From the IMG/VR virus record IMGVR_UViG_3300045988_142509: a stretch of 49,561 nucleotides of DNA, one strand, 5' to 3'. Under the pieces are notes generated by a model. It saw only the letters and a list, made by a program, of their open reading frames with translations, made no database searches and was not told the DNA's origin. The position numbers were made by a program, and so were the translations under genes. Source of the stretch: a virus. This document shows positions 34,305-45,026 of the stretch, piece by piece; within the stretch, counting starts at the first letter, position 1, and each line of letters opens with the position of its first letter.

Positions 34305-34612
34305 TCGCTAAGAAAGAAAAAAACGAAGAATGTTCTGTCGATTCTTCAACAAAATTCTTAGCGGATATTAATATATACTCTCAAATGGCTTATTTTGTTG
34401 CCAAAAAGTTACATTTACGCCCCAATGAGATTCTAAACCATTGGGGCATTTCTGAATTAATTGTTACGTATGGAATATATGCCAATGAAGACAGTCAAAA
34501 GAATTTTTATGAAGTCCAAGAATATAACAAGACTTCTAAGAAAAAAATGCAATTGCCTAAAATGTATGCAGTTAAATTCTATCGTAGCAAAAAAGAATTT
34601 AAGGGGGATTAA
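34289..34612 (+). CDS. T-extension of the tail chaperone, reached by a -1 frameshift at CTTTTTGG (34293-34300), giving a gpGT-like fusion of about 324 aa
   Basis: The -1 frame is open from 34289 to the stop at 34612. No SD before ATG 34385. T5 run at the overlap. Confidence 0.4.
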   Translation, partial: STFWIIAKKEKNEECSVDSSTKFLADINIYSQMAYFVAKKLHLRPNEILNHWGISELIVTYGIYANEDSQKNFYEVQEYNKTSKKKMQLPKMYAVKFYRSKKEFKGD

Positions 34613-34615
34613 TAC

Positions 34616-37600
34616 ATGCAAAATGCTGATGAAGTCTATACTTTAGCGGTTGAAATAATTGCAGAGAATGCAATAAAATCCTCGAAAGAAGTCGAAAAAT
34701 GCTTAAAAAGTGTTGATAAAGTCATTGATAACATCAACAAGAAAAGAATAAAGGTTGATAGTGATATATCTTCTCTTCAAGCTTCTAAAAAAGAAATCGA
34801 GCAGATTCAGAAAAAGATAGAAGCACTACAATCTAAAAAACTATCCCTTTTTACAAACAAAAGTCTAGATAATAATGCAGTACAAAAGCAAATCAAAGAT
34901 ATAGACAATGAAATATCTAAATTACAAGCAAAAACTGTAAAGCTGTCTGTAGTTGATAAAGATTTACAAGATGCACAAAGTAACGCTAAAAAACTTAATA
35001 CAGATATGTCAAAACTAAATGAAGTGAAGCCTAATCTTCAAGTTAAGTACGATAGCGTTAAAAGAGCAGAAGATTCAATTACAAGTTTAATGAAAAAGTC
35101 AAGAGAATTGCGTTCCTTTGGTAGCAATTTAATGACTTTAGGAAATCAACTTTCTACTGTTGTAACAAACAATGGTAATAACTTTATCGGTAGAATATCT
35201 GACTTTTTAACGAAGACAGTTCTGTTTAATGGTGCTAGTCAAGTTGTAAATGCAAGTATCAATCAATTAACGGACGGATTATCACAAGCTGTAACACGTT
35301 ATGACCAATTAAATGTGTCTAGACGTACAATGGATGCATTAGGTGTATCAACACAGCAAACAGCTAAAGCACAAAAAGAATTAAGTGATAGTATCGAGGG
35401 ATTGCCTACAAAATTAAATGATGCGTTATCTATGGTTACTAAGTTTACATCTATCAACCATGATATAGAACGCTCATCGAAATTGTTTGAAGCTATCAAT
35501 AATGGTGTATTAGCTTTTGGCGGTAGTTCCGAAGACGTAAATAACGTAGTTGAACAATATTCTCAAATCATGGGTTCTAAGATGGATGCAAGAACATTAC
35601 TATCGTTTGAGAACTCGAACTTTACTCCTGTACTTACAGCTATTGCAAAAAAGATGGGAATGACATTTTCTGAATTCCGTGAAAAATTTACAGGACCATC
35701 TCCTACGATATCTTTAAAGCAGTTTGAAGACGCTTTAATTGAACTGAATGAGAATGGTGGCGGTGGACTAAAAAAACTGTCTGACATGGCTAAACAGACG
35801 TCACAGACAATTGGGAATGGGCTTAACTTGATTAAGATTCGTATTGGAAAATCGGGTGCCGATTTTATCGCAACGATTGACAAGATGGTAAAGAAAGCTA
35901 CAGGTTTAAACATCTATCAAAATATATATGATTTTACAGAAGTCATGATGAAAAAGATTCAAGACTTTTCTAAATATGTTGCTTCACATCAAGATGACAT
36001 CCTAAATTTTATTTCAGAACTAAAAGGCGAATTTTCAGAATTCGGAAATATGTTTGGAAAATTTGATGCAGATAAATTCTTTAAAGGAATAGGTGACATC
36101 ATCAAGGAATCTATTGCTTTTGGAAAAGATTTTATAGGAGTAATAGATAAGATTGTTGGACCATTATTCTCGTTAGTAGGTAATGGTGATAAGATTCTTG
36201 GATTTTTAAAAATCATGTTAAGATTCAAAGAAGTCGGATTGGCATTTGGAGTTGTTGGAAAGCAAATCAAACTGTTTGGAACAATATCAGGAACGTTCGG
36301 TCAAATATATAAATATGCTACAGGATTTAGTAGCAGCATAAAAGGATTGAATCTGTATGCTAATACGATTGGAAAACTGACTTCTAAGTTCGGAGGATTG
36401 AACGCAAAAATAAAAGAATACATTGCACAATCTACAATCGTACAGAAAATAAAGAATCTAAGTCCTTTTAAAAAAATGGTTGACACTTCAACTAATACTA
36501 CTACAGTCGAAGCACCAAAACCTGTAGAAACATTAAAGAATTCTTCCATTAATATGCGTAATGCTCAAGCGAAAATGTATAAAAATTTCGGAACAGCAAG
36601 TATGATGCTTGCAAGTAGTGGTTCTATGGTTCTTTTAGCTAAAGGATTAGAGGAATTCAATGATGCCACCCAAGGTATGAATTTCGCTGAAATAGCTGGA
36701 AGAGTAGCAGGACTTGGAATTGCTGTAACAGCTATAGGTCAATTAAACAATTTATTAAGTACACTTGCCAATTCCGCTTGGAGGGTAAATTGGAAAAACC
36801 AATTAGCTTCAGCGGTGTCAATGTTTGCAAGTGGTGGTAGTGTTTGGTTGCTTGCAAAATCATTACAAGAAGTAGCAAAAATAGATTTAAATGGTATTTG
36901 GGATAAACTAAAAACTTTAGGCGAAGTATTTGTTGCTGTTCAAGGTATGACTACTGCATGGGGAATGATTGGTGCTGGAGTGACTCCTGTATTAATCGGA
37001 AACTTAATTGGTCTAGGGGATTTATTTGCTACAGGTGGTGCTATCTATTCCATGGCAAAAGGTTTAAGCGAATTAAATAAGATGCCATTAAAGATTGATA
37101 ATGTGCAAAAGAAACTAAAAATGATGATGGAAGTTGCAGATACACTTAACACAGGCGGACATTTCAAACAAGCATTAGATGGATTGTTTGCAAAAGCCGA
37201 CTATTCTGCTAAAGGCACACAGCTAGAGTTCATTATCAAATTCGCTGAATCATTAGAAAAGATAAAAGATATTGATATTGACAAGGATATTAAAAAGAGT
37301 TTAAAAGAAAAGCTTTCTAACATTAAAGATATCTTGTCTGAATTCAACGGAAAAGAATTCTTTGGAAAAGATGAAGATAATATCATAAATGCAGAGAATA
37401 GAGGTAACACAAAGACACTTGGTGAACTTATTTCTTCAATGGTTAAAGTTGCCACATCATTAAAAGAACTTGATGGATTGCAATTAAGCAGTCAAAACAT
37501 AGCACAATACAAGCAGAAATTATTATCGTTAAGAGATATTTTATCTGTACTTACTTTTAGAACAGAAGATGGTGAGAAAGATACTTCGTCTTTCAACTAT

Positions 37601-39337
37601 ATAGCCAAGAAGATAGGAAGTACATCAGATAGTTATCAAGGCATTTCTACAGCAGTTCAAGGATTGATTACATCAGTAGACAATATCAATCAATTTAATG
37701 AAAAATTAAAAGGTGTTTCAAACTTAGATTCATTTAATGAGAATATAGAAATTTTACAAAAAGCGTTGCAACCATTAATGAGTAGTGGTAAAGACGATAA
37801 AGGAATGGCTGGAACAGCTAAAAATATTTCTAAACAAAAATACACAAAATTAAAGGAACAAGTAGAAGCTGTAAAAGAAACAATCTCTTCTTTAGCGGAA
37901 GTAGCAGGAACACAATTTGATACAAATTTGATGGTATCTCAATTAAACGATTTAAATACAGCTATTGATACAATTAATGGTTTTGGAACAAAGAAAGTAA
38001 AATCTATTAATAAAGTTGATTTTGGTGGGTTGAGCGACAGAGTCGGCTCGATAAAAGAAGCATTAGCATCTTTATCGGAGATTGCCAACACACAATTTAA
38101 TATCGGTGATGAAAGCCAAGGATTCATAGCCCAAATGAATAGCATAAGAACTGCTATGGATAAAATCAATGAATTGGTTGGAGCTAAATTTACTTCTACA
38201 GATAAAGATGGAAATACATCCGAAAAAGGATTGATAAGCTCTGTAAATAAAGGAAAATTCGGAAAGATGCAACAACAAGTCAGCTTTATCCAACAAACAT
38301 TGACTGACTTAGTGACTGTATCTACTACTCAATTTGATGTAAATGCGTTTGGTCAAAAGATTGATGCGATTAGGGATTGTTTAAATAAAATTAAAGGATT
38401 GAGTGAAGAATTCAAGCCAACAGATGGAAATGCCAATCCATTCCAATCGTTTACAGATACGATAAAAAATCTAGTTTCTCAATTAATAACTTTAAGTGCT
38501 GACTTTATTCAAACAGGTGAATCTCTTGGAACAAGTTTAATGACAGGGTTTACAGATGATTCTGTAAAAGAAACATTGAATAATGGAATGTTACTTCTTG
38601 TTACTTCTGTAGGAACAAACCAATCTGTTATCAGTGCATTTAAAAACGTAGGTAAAACGCTTGGAGATAACATGTGTAAAGGCTTGACTTCGGATGGTGG
38701 ATTCACACATACAAAAGTTAAGAGTGCTATTACCAACGCTTTAGGAACATTCCCAAGATTAGGACATGCTTGTGGTGTATCAATTGGAAATAACATTGCA
38801 AGTGGTGTACAGAGTGCTTTAGACAGTAGTAATATTTCATTCACTGTAAAAGCAAAAGTACACAAATCGGGCGGTGGTGTTGTTTCAAATTCGGGTAGCA
38901 AAGGTAGTAAATCAAGTAGTGGTGCTGGATACAATCTTGCTAACTTGTTTAACAAAGCATTAAAAACTTTATTTAAAGCAAAAGGCGGTCCTGTATATCG
39001 TGCAGATGGTGGTGTGTTAACCGCATTTGTACCTCGTGGAACAGACACTATACCTGCTATGTTGACACAAGGCGAATATGTAATAAGAAAATCTTCTGTT
39101 AACAAATACGGAACTGACTTCTTAGACGTTATCAATTCGGGAAAACTTGAAAATTGGTTCTATACTTTGACAAGGCAGTATGCTAATGGAAATAACGTGT
39201 CAAAAGTATATAACATCAATAACAACAATACGATTAACAACTACGACAACAGACAAGTAAGTATCAACTCTAAAACAACTCATGGTGGTGATGGATATGT
39301 TAAAGCTAAAAGATTTATGGGGGCTATTGCGGTATGA
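34616..39337 (+). CDS. Tape measure protein
   Basis: 1573 aa. Coiled-coil N-terminus, G/A/hydrophobic central repeats, largest ORF in the tail module. RBS AAGGGGGA. Confidence 0.85.
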   Translation: MQNADEVYTLAVEIIAENAIKSSKEVEKCLKSVDKVIDNINKKRIKVDSDISSLQASKKEIEQIQKKIEALQSKKLSLFTNKSLDNNAVQKQIKDIDNEISKLQAKTVKLSVVDKDLQDAQSNAKKLNTDMSKLNEVKPNLQVKYDSVKRAEDSITSLMKKSRELRSFGSNLMTLGNQLSTVVTNNGNNFIGRISDFLTKTVLFNGASQVVNASINQLTDGLSQAVTRYDQLNVSRRTMDALGVSTQQTAKAQKELSDSIEGLPTKLNDALSMVTKFTSINHDIERSSKLFEAINNGVLAFGGSSEDVNNVVEQYSQIMGSKMDARTLLSFENSNFTPVLTAIAKKMGMTFSEFREKFTGPSPTISLKQFEDALIELNENGGGGLKKLSDMAKQTSQTIGNGLNLIKIRIGKSGADFIATIDKMVKKATGLNIYQNIYDFTEVMMKKIQDFSKYVASHQDDILNFISELKGEFSEFGNMFGKFDADKFFKGIGDIIKESIAFGKDFIGVIDKIVGPLFSLVGNGDKILGFLKIMLRFKEVGLAFGVVGKQIKLFGTISGTFGQIYKYATGFSSSIKGLNLYANTIGKLTSKFGGLNAKIKEYIAQSTIVQKIKNLSPFKKMVDTSTNTTTVEAPKPVETLKNSSINMRNAQAKMYKNFGTASMMLASSGSMVLLAKGLEEFNDATQGMNFAEIAGRVAGLGIAVTAIGQLNNLLSTLANSAWRVNWKNQLASAVSMFASGGSVWLLAKSLQEVAKIDLNGIWDKLKTLGEVFVAVQGMTTAWGMIGAGVTPVLIGNLIGLGDLFATGGAIYSMAKGLSELNKMPLKIDNVQKKLKMMMEVADTLNTGGHFKQALDGLFAKADYSAKGTQLEFIIKFAESLEKIKDIDIDKDIKKSLKEKLSNIKDILSEFNGKEFFGKDEDNIINAENRGNTKTLGELISSMVKVATSLKELDGLQLSSQNIAQYKQKLLSLRDILSVLTFRTEDGEKDTSSFNYIAKKIGSTSDSYQGISTAVQGLITSVDNINQFNEKLKGVSNLDSFNENIEILQKALQPLMSSGKDDKGMAGTAKNISKQKYTKLKEQVEAVKETISSLAEVAGTQFDTNLMVSQLNDLNTAIDTINGFGTKKVKSINKVDFGGLSDRVGSIKEALASLSEIANTQFNIGDESQGFIAQMNSIRTAMDKINELVGAKFTSTDKDGNTSEKGLISSVNKGKFGKMQQQVSFIQQTLTDLVTVSTTQFDVNAFGQKIDAIRDCLNKIKGLSEEFKPTDGNANPFQSFTDTIKNLVSQLITLSADFIQTGESLGTSLMTGFTDDSVKETLNNGMLLLVTSVGTNQSVISAFKNVGKTLGDNMCKGLTSDGGFTHTKVKSAITNALGTFPRLGHACGVSIGNNIASGVQSALDSSNISFTVKAKVHKSGGGVVSNSGSKGSKSSSGAGYNLANLFNKALKTLFKAKGGPVYRADGGVLTAFVPRGTDTIPAMLTQGEYVIRKSSVNKYGTDFLDVINSGKLENWFYTLTRQYANGNNVSKVYNINNNNTINNYDNRQVSINSKTTHGGDGYVKAKRFMGAIAV

Positions 39338-40413
39338 TGTGTGATTACGAATTTAGCCCTTACCGACAATACGTACAATTTAATGATTTAATTTTTGAAT
39401 CGGAAGAAATGCTGCAAAAAGCAGAAACTTCTATTTCAACTAAAGTCAATACAACATCATTGTCATATATTCATGGAGATTATGTGCCTTTTAAAAGCGA
39501 ATCTATGCTTTTAGAGGCACAAGACGTCTCTATGACACTTAAGTTTGATTATCGTTTATATCGTAGAGAAGATAGAAGATATATCGGAAGATGGGCAAGC
39601 ATGAATCTTTTAAAGCAAGGTAAACTATGGTCCATAAAAGATGGAATATTGATGTGGGCGTATGCTTATGTTGATTCAATGAGTGAAAGCTATGAAAAAT
39701 ATGTCAATTCATTTTCTATTGATGTTTCTTTCAAACTTTATGAGGGAATATGGCATTTTGCTGACCCGTTAACAACTTTCATCATTCCGTATGATACTTG
39801 TAATATCATGGATTGTTTGGATTTTGATGATGATTATGATTCTTGTGTAAGCTGTTGTGTTGATTGTCTTAAGGGAAACGATGATACATGTTCATGTGCT
39901 TGCGATTGTGATTTAAAAGAAGATTATTCATTGTGTTCATGGGATAAGAACAAATTATTTCATGGGTTCTTAAATTGTGGACATTCTTTTAAAATCGTTA
40001 TAGATTGTGCAAAAGGAAACGAACTTTATGGTGACAAGACCAAAGGAATAAAGCTTTGTAAAGAAGATTATTGTGATTCTATGATTGCAAAAATAATCAC
40101 ATCACGTACAGTACTTCCTACAACGTCTTTAGAGGTCATTGTAAGCGGAAAATGGCAAGACCCTATTATTGATATTAATGGAAATAAAATGCAGATACAT
40201 GGCGATTATGATGGAATTCTTAGAATTGATAAAAGTGGTGAAGTGCATTACTCATGTAGTGAATGTTCGGAAGAAGAAGACATTCCAATTGGAAATATCA
40301 AAGCCGACTCTTTAGGCTTTGTTATAAACAACGGTCAAAACAGAATCGTTATATCGGGTTCATGTTGCAAGATGGGGTGTGCATGGATAAAAGTTGATGA
40401 AATAAGCAACTAG
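39334..40413 (+). CDS. Distal tail / baseplate protein (putative, Cys-rich)
   Basis: First ORF after the tape measure. Unusual CxC clusters (CVSCCVDCLKG..CSCACDCDLKEDYSLC). Confidence 0.4.
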   Translation: MMCDYEFSPYRQYVQFNDLIFESEEMLQKAETSISTKVNTTSLSYIHGDYVPFKSESMLLEAQDVSMTLKFDYRLYRREDRRYIGRWASMNLLKQGKLWSIKDGILMWAYAYVDSMSESYEKYVNSFSIDVSFKLYEGIWHFADPLTTFIIPYDTCNIMDCLDFDDDYDSCVSCCVDCLKGNDDTCSCACDCDLKEDYSLCSWDKNKLFHGFLNCGHSFKIVIDCAKGNELYGDKTKGIKLCKEDYCDSMIAKIITSRTVLPTTSLEVIVSGKWQDPIIDINGNKMQIHGDYDGILRIDKSGEVHYSCSECSEEEDIPIGNIKADSLGFVINNGQNRIVISGSCCKMGCAWIKVDEISN

Positions 40414-40423
40414 AAAGGTTTTT

Positions 40424-41305
40424 ATGGGTGCAGAAACAAATAATACTGTTACTGATGTAACAAAAGAAAAAAGAATCTATTGCACGACATGTGGAGACTT
40501 GCAAGAAAACTCTAGTGAGTTTTACACAAATGGAGTAACTGACAATGTGTGCAGTAGTTTAGAAGATGGTCAAGGATTTAATTCAGATAATGATGATGAT
40601 AATTGTTCGGCATTGCATAAAGCTGACGATTGTCTTATTAACAAGCTTGTAAAAAAGATTCCAAGTTATAGAAGTTGTGATTGGAAAGAGTTCATGAAAG
40701 ATTTTGGTGCAAACCAATATAATATTAATGAAGCTTTTATTTGTACTTTATGTGGGCTTGAAGCACGTATGTTTACATCGAATTTAGAAATTGATACGAC
40801 ATACAGTATACATCAAGCGACACCCGAATTATCTGTTTCAATCGACCGAAAAGGAAATTTCGTTTACAAATATTCAGATTGGAATGGCTCTACTAAAGTA
40901 GCTAGTGGAATCATCACAGGATATATTGATTACTGTATGAAACGTAATAAAAATGATGAAGCTGTATATCAAATTAGTTCCGTAACTATAAGCAAGTACA
41001 AGTACACAACAACAGGAGAAAGCTATGGTGGAACATATCCAACTATTAGTATCAAGATTCCAACAGCAAATGGTACAGAAGTATATAGACGTACAACGAA
41101 CGAATCTTTTGAAGAAGACGTAAATAAAACGGTTGCTGTAGACATCAAAGGAAAAGTTGCCCCTGGAGCTGAAACGGATTGGTTACAATTCTTCTATCTT
41201 TACGATGATTGGGTAAAAGATGATGAAATCACTTTAATGGCAAAATTCAAAAATAACAACAAAATGGCAATGCCTATCTGTAGTGATATGCCTGATGTTG
41301 ATTAA
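40424..41305 (+). CDS. Baseplate protein with N-terminal Cys-motif domain (paralogous to the N-terminus of 41324)
   Basis: C..C..L...F...G.TD..C.SL...DDCLI..V..IPSY.SCD is shared with 41324-41953. Confidence 0.4.
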   Translation: MGAETNNTVTDVTKEKRIYCTTCGDLQENSSEFYTNGVTDNVCSSLEDGQGFNSDNDDDNCSALHKADDCLINKLVKKIPSYRSCDWKEFMKDFGANQYNINEAFICTLCGLEARMFTSNLEIDTTYSIHQATPELSVSIDRKGNFVYKYSDWNGSTKVASGIITGYIDYCMKRNKNDEAVYQISSVTISKYKYTTTGESYGGTYPTISIKIPTANGTEVYRRTTNESFEEDVNKTVAVDIKGKVAPGAETDWLQFFYLYDDWVKDDEITLMAKFKNNNKMAMPICSDMPDVD

Positions 41306-41323
41306 TAGAAACGAGGTCAATTT

Positions 41324-41953
41324 ATGTCAATAATCACAGATAAAGATGTATGTAATTCTTGTGAACAATTGGAAAAATACAATTTTGACTTTGTTCAAAA
41401 AGGTATTACAGATGATATGCGTGCAAGCCTTAAAAAAGATAAAGGCTTGAAAGAATCAAATGGATTTAATAACTGTAAAGATTTAAACGATATGAACGAC
41501 TGTTTAATTGGCGGAATGGTAGAACGAATTCCATCGTATAACAGTTGTGATTTAGATAGTGCATTAATGGAATCGCTGAATAATATCATGCAAATGTTAG
41601 ATGCAATTATCAGTGGCGATTGCGGTCAATGGGAAAATATTTGGGAAATTTGGGATGAAATAAACAAAATCAAACAACGCTTGGATGATGTTGAAAGACG
41701 TTTGAATACACGTTTGGATACTCTAGAAGAAACGACAGGTCAAATTAATAGTGCTTTATCCAAGTTGCTACAAAATCTAGCTGACAGTGGTGCATGGAAT
41801 CATACAGACGGGAATATCTTCGATGGATATCTGAATGCGAACAGAAATATTGCTACAGGTAATATCAACTTGTTTGGTGGAACACAAGATGGTTCGTCTT
41901 TTATCCGTACTAATAACGGAGAGACCGAGAACGATTTAGTTGGTGGTGTCTAA
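41324..41953 (+). CDS. Baseplate protein (paralogous N-domain, coiled-coil C-terminus)
   Basis: See the preceding entry. Confidence 0.4.
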   Translation: MSIITDKDVCNSCEQLEKYNFDFVQKGITDDMRASLKKDKGLKESNGFNNCKDLNDMNDCLIGGMVERIPSYNSCDLDSALMESLNNIMQMLDAIISGDCGQWENIWEIWDEINKIKQRLDDVERRLNTRLDTLEETTGQINSALSKLLQNLADSGAWNHTDGNIFDGYLNANRNIATGNINLFGGTQDGSSFIRTNNGETENDLVGGV

Positions 41954-42669
41954 TGGCATGGCTAGATTTTTGGGGTGGATACTTGCATGATGGTACATAC
42001 AACAATGTTGTGTTGTTGGGTTCTCCTAACAGCACAGGACCATTTTCTTCCAATCTGAATCAAGCTCATAATGCAGGATATGGGTATGGTATCAATTTCA
42101 GTCAAAATAATAATGGTTCAGTACATACGAAAATCAATTTAGTCGGGTTTGCTTTAGATTCTAATGGACATGTTTTGTATGGACAGCATTATGTTAGATT
42201 TGGCGGAACATACAACTATATCTTGAATATTCAAACTTCAAATGATAATCAAAAGTCTTGGAAGACAATATTCAACAGACAGATTTTCAGTCACGGAGAT
42301 TCATGGAACTTATGTTATGGAAGTTATTGGACTGATGTTGCACAGCATTCACAATACGAATGTGATATCAATATTGAAGAAAATGCTACGCATGTAAAGG
42401 TGTGTTTAACAGGTGAAAGACCGACCGATAAAATGTCTGTTATCTATACTATCGAACAAGTCATTCAAGATTATCGACCATGGGCAGTTCGCAAAGGTGG
42501 TAAATTCTTGACTTGTAACCGAAATACAGGATTCACTCGAATCCGTAAGAATGGTAGTTGGCAAGATATCAAGAAAATGACCGAAGGCGGTCAGACGAAC
42601 AAAGGTACATCCCGTATCAGACATAGCAGCAATTGGGTTGGTCAAAGAAAAGTAGGTGAATTATATTGA
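41953..42669 (+). CDS. Baseplate / tail protein
   Basis: 238 aa. Overlapping start/stop codons typical of the tail module. Confidence 0.4.
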   Translation: MAWLDFWGGYLHDGTYNNVVLLGSPNSTGPFSSNLNQAHNAGYGYGINFSQNNNGSVHTKINLVGFALDSNGHVLYGQHYVRFGGTYNYILNIQTSNDNQKSWKTIFNRQIFSHGDSWNLCYGSYWTDVAQHSQYECDINIEENATHVKVCLTGERPTDKMSVIYTIEQVIQDYRPWAVRKGGKFLTCNRNTGFTRIRKNGSWQDIKKMTEGGQTNKGTSRIRHSSNWVGQRKVGELY

Positions 42670-45026
42670 ATACTCCATGGTTTGAAATTTTAACAGAAGA
42701 TGAAAAACCTATTAAAAGGTTTCAATGCTTTTTATCTGACCCGATTGAAATTAATTACGAATTGATGGAAGTTCCATCTATTTCATTGACACTTCCTATG
42801 GAATTTTACGAATATCTTTATTTAGGAAGAAAAAAGATGAGACTTCACTTTGGAGATATTTCAATTCTAACTGTAGTTGATGGAATAGACACAAATACAG
42901 AAAATCAAACTATTGATGTTACTCTTAATCACGCTATCAAGACTTGGAACTATAAACAATGTTCTACAAACCTAGCTATTAAATTTAAAACTTTTTATGA
43001 ACTATATACAGACGAAAGTTACAAGAAAGAATTCATATATGAAGATGGATGGAATCTGAATTTTGACGAAGATACTAAGAAAGAAATTATTGATTATGTG
43101 TACAGTCGTTTGGGTAAGCTTGATGTGCTTACTCAAACTTGCGAGTACACACCCGAATCATTTTGGAGAATTTGTTTAAGTGAAGAAAAAAGGATAGATA
43201 TTGGAAAGTTTGGAGAAGACACTCCGTATTTCCTATCTAAATTACCGAGTGGCAAAAGAAACATCCAATTGCTTTCAGAACCAACCATTAGAGAAGACTA
43301 TTCGAGTGTAATTAATCAAGCAACTGTATACTCTGAAAAGAATGATGGTGGTGTTACATCTTTAAGTTTAAGAGAAGTATATAACAATAAAGAGTTACAG
43401 ATTGATGGTTTTCCTGTTGTTATCATCGCAAATAATATCAATAACGAACGTGACTATGATTATGGTGATAATCCTAAGATTGCACCAAACGAACAATTAG
43501 AGTATGCGGTATTGGACCAAGAATCAATCGCTATTGAAAGTGGCATTTTTATGGAAGGAAGTTTTGCTTTCAACGACTTATCACCATTTACAACCGAAGA
43601 AGCTACAGAAGATGCCGATGCCGTAAGTGTTGATTGGATTGTGCCAACCGAGCAACGCTATCTTACAGAAGATGAAATGTATAACAACTTTCATGCTTTT
43701 TATCAGTATTTCAAAGGAAAGTGGTCAGACAACGCTATCAGTGCTATATGTGGTGTAATGGCGGTAGAATCAACAGGAAACCCTAATATATGGCAAGGAT
43801 TAGACCCTAATTCAAACCCAATAAATAGAGAGGGATTTGGATTGTTGCAATGGACTCCATATACGAATATCACAAATTGGCTTAATTCTAAAGGGTATCA
43901 AGTAGAACAATATGGATTAGCTGAATGCAAGAAAATCGAAGAGGAATGGACACAAAACGCTACGAATGGTCCATGGATACCTACAACAACATATAATTGC
44001 ACTTTTAATGAATGGTCACAATTTACAGATAAAGATATGAGTTGGATGGTTTTATGCTATCTAGCAGACTATGGTCGTGGTGATACTTCAATAAACTTGC
44101 AATATCAACACAGAATTGATGTTGCTAACACTGTATTAAGCAAAATACAAAACGAATGGAAATCAGAAGATAGCGGAAGTAAAAAAGATACTGACGATAA
44201 TACTTCCGAAAGCACAGGAACATACAATCCACAAAACGTAATAAATACATATGATGGAAAATCTATAGATGTAGATGGCTTTCCACCTAATGCACCATAT
44301 CAATGCGTTGACTTATGGAGAAAAGTAATGATGGATTACGGGAACGATATCGGAATCATTACAGGAGATGGATATGCTTATAACATATGGAACATGGACT
44401 ACAGTGCAAAGATGATGAAAATAAGTGCTGATGAAACACCTATATTTGGTGATTGGGCGGTATTTGGTATTGGTGGCCAGACTCCATATTCACATATTGC
44501 AATGGTCGTGCAAGATAACGAGGACGGAACAATAAGTATTTTCGGTCAAAACCAAGGTGCTTCTTATTGTAATATTGTCATATTATCTAGTAGTTCTATT
44601 TTAGGCTATTGGAGATTCAAACCCGAATATTGGGATAAGAACGCTGGCGGATATAAAGATATTGGTGGAGAACCAAACGACAAAACAAATAAAGTTATTT
44701 CAGACGAAGATAGAATTTACGCTTCCAAAACTGTTTATGATGCGGTAGTTAAGAAATTGAAAAACGCAAGAAGAACATACGCTATCGAAGTAACAACAAC
44801 TGAATTGCCAAAAGATTTAGAAGTTGGAATGAAAATACGATTGATGTATGATAATTCAATTTATAAGTTGGAACATTGTGGAAACTATATGAAAAAGATG
44901 CTTACTTTAAATAATGATTTTTATATAACAAAACTCGGAAGAAAATTCTATGGTGATGGTTCACAAACAGGAACTCTAACTCTAGAAAAATTTGTTAAAA
45001 TAGATAGAGAGGTACACAAAGAATGA
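42666..45026 (+). CDS. Tail-associated lysin (Tal) carrying lysozyme-like and CHAP peptidoglycan-hydrolase domains
   Basis: ISAICGVMAVESTGNPNIW..GFGLLQWTPYTN is lysozyme/transglycosylase-like. YQCVDLWRKV...GDWAVFG..HIAMV has the CHAP Cys/His signature. Confidence 0.55.
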   Translation: MNTPWFEILTEDEKPIKRFQCFLSDPIEINYELMEVPSISLTLPMEFYEYLYLGRKKMRLHFGDISILTVVDGIDTNTENQTIDVTLNHAIKTWNYKQCSTNLAIKFKTFYELYTDESYKKEFIYEDGWNLNFDEDTKKEIIDYVYSRLGKLDVLTQTCEYTPESFWRICLSEEKRIDIGKFGEDTPYFLSKLPSGKRNIQLLSEPTIREDYSSVINQATVYSEKNDGGVTSLSLREVYNNKELQIDGFPVVIIANNINNERDYDYGDNPKIAPNEQLEYAVLDQESIAIESGIFMEGSFAFNDLSPFTTEEATEDADAVSVDWIVPTEQRYLTEDEMYNNFHAFYQYFKGKWSDNAISAICGVMAVESTGNPNIWQGLDPNSNPINREGFGLLQWTPYTNITNWLNSKGYQVEQYGLAECKKIEEEWTQNATNGPWIPTTTYNCTFNEWSQFTDKDMSWMVLCYLADYGRGDTSINLQYQHRIDVANTVLSKIQNEWKSEDSGSKKDTDDNTSESTGTYNPQNVINTYDGKSIDVDGFPPNAPYQCVDLWRKVMMDYGNDIGIITGDGYAYNIWNMDYSAKMMKISADETPIFGDWAVFGIGGQTPYSHIAMVVQDNEDGTISIFGQNQGASYCNIVILSSSSILGYWRFKPEYWDKNAGGYKDIGGEPNDKTNKVISDEDRIYASKTVYDAVVKKLKNARRTYAIEVTTTELPKDLEVGMKIRLMYDNSIYKLEHCGNYMKKMLTLNNDFYITKLGRKFYGDGSQTGTLTLEKFVKIDREVHKE

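Noticed and set aside
34461-34646. 61-aa ORF overlapping the chaperone T-extension and the tape-measure start
   Set aside because: Wrong frame for the -1 slip and no RBS. Best explained as a chance frame.
35299-39135. Several minus-strand ORFs inside the tape-measure gene (for example 38509-39135, 208 aa)
   Set aside because: Antisense to a long, clearly coding gene. P/L-rich translations typical of the reverse strand of G/A-rich coding sequence.
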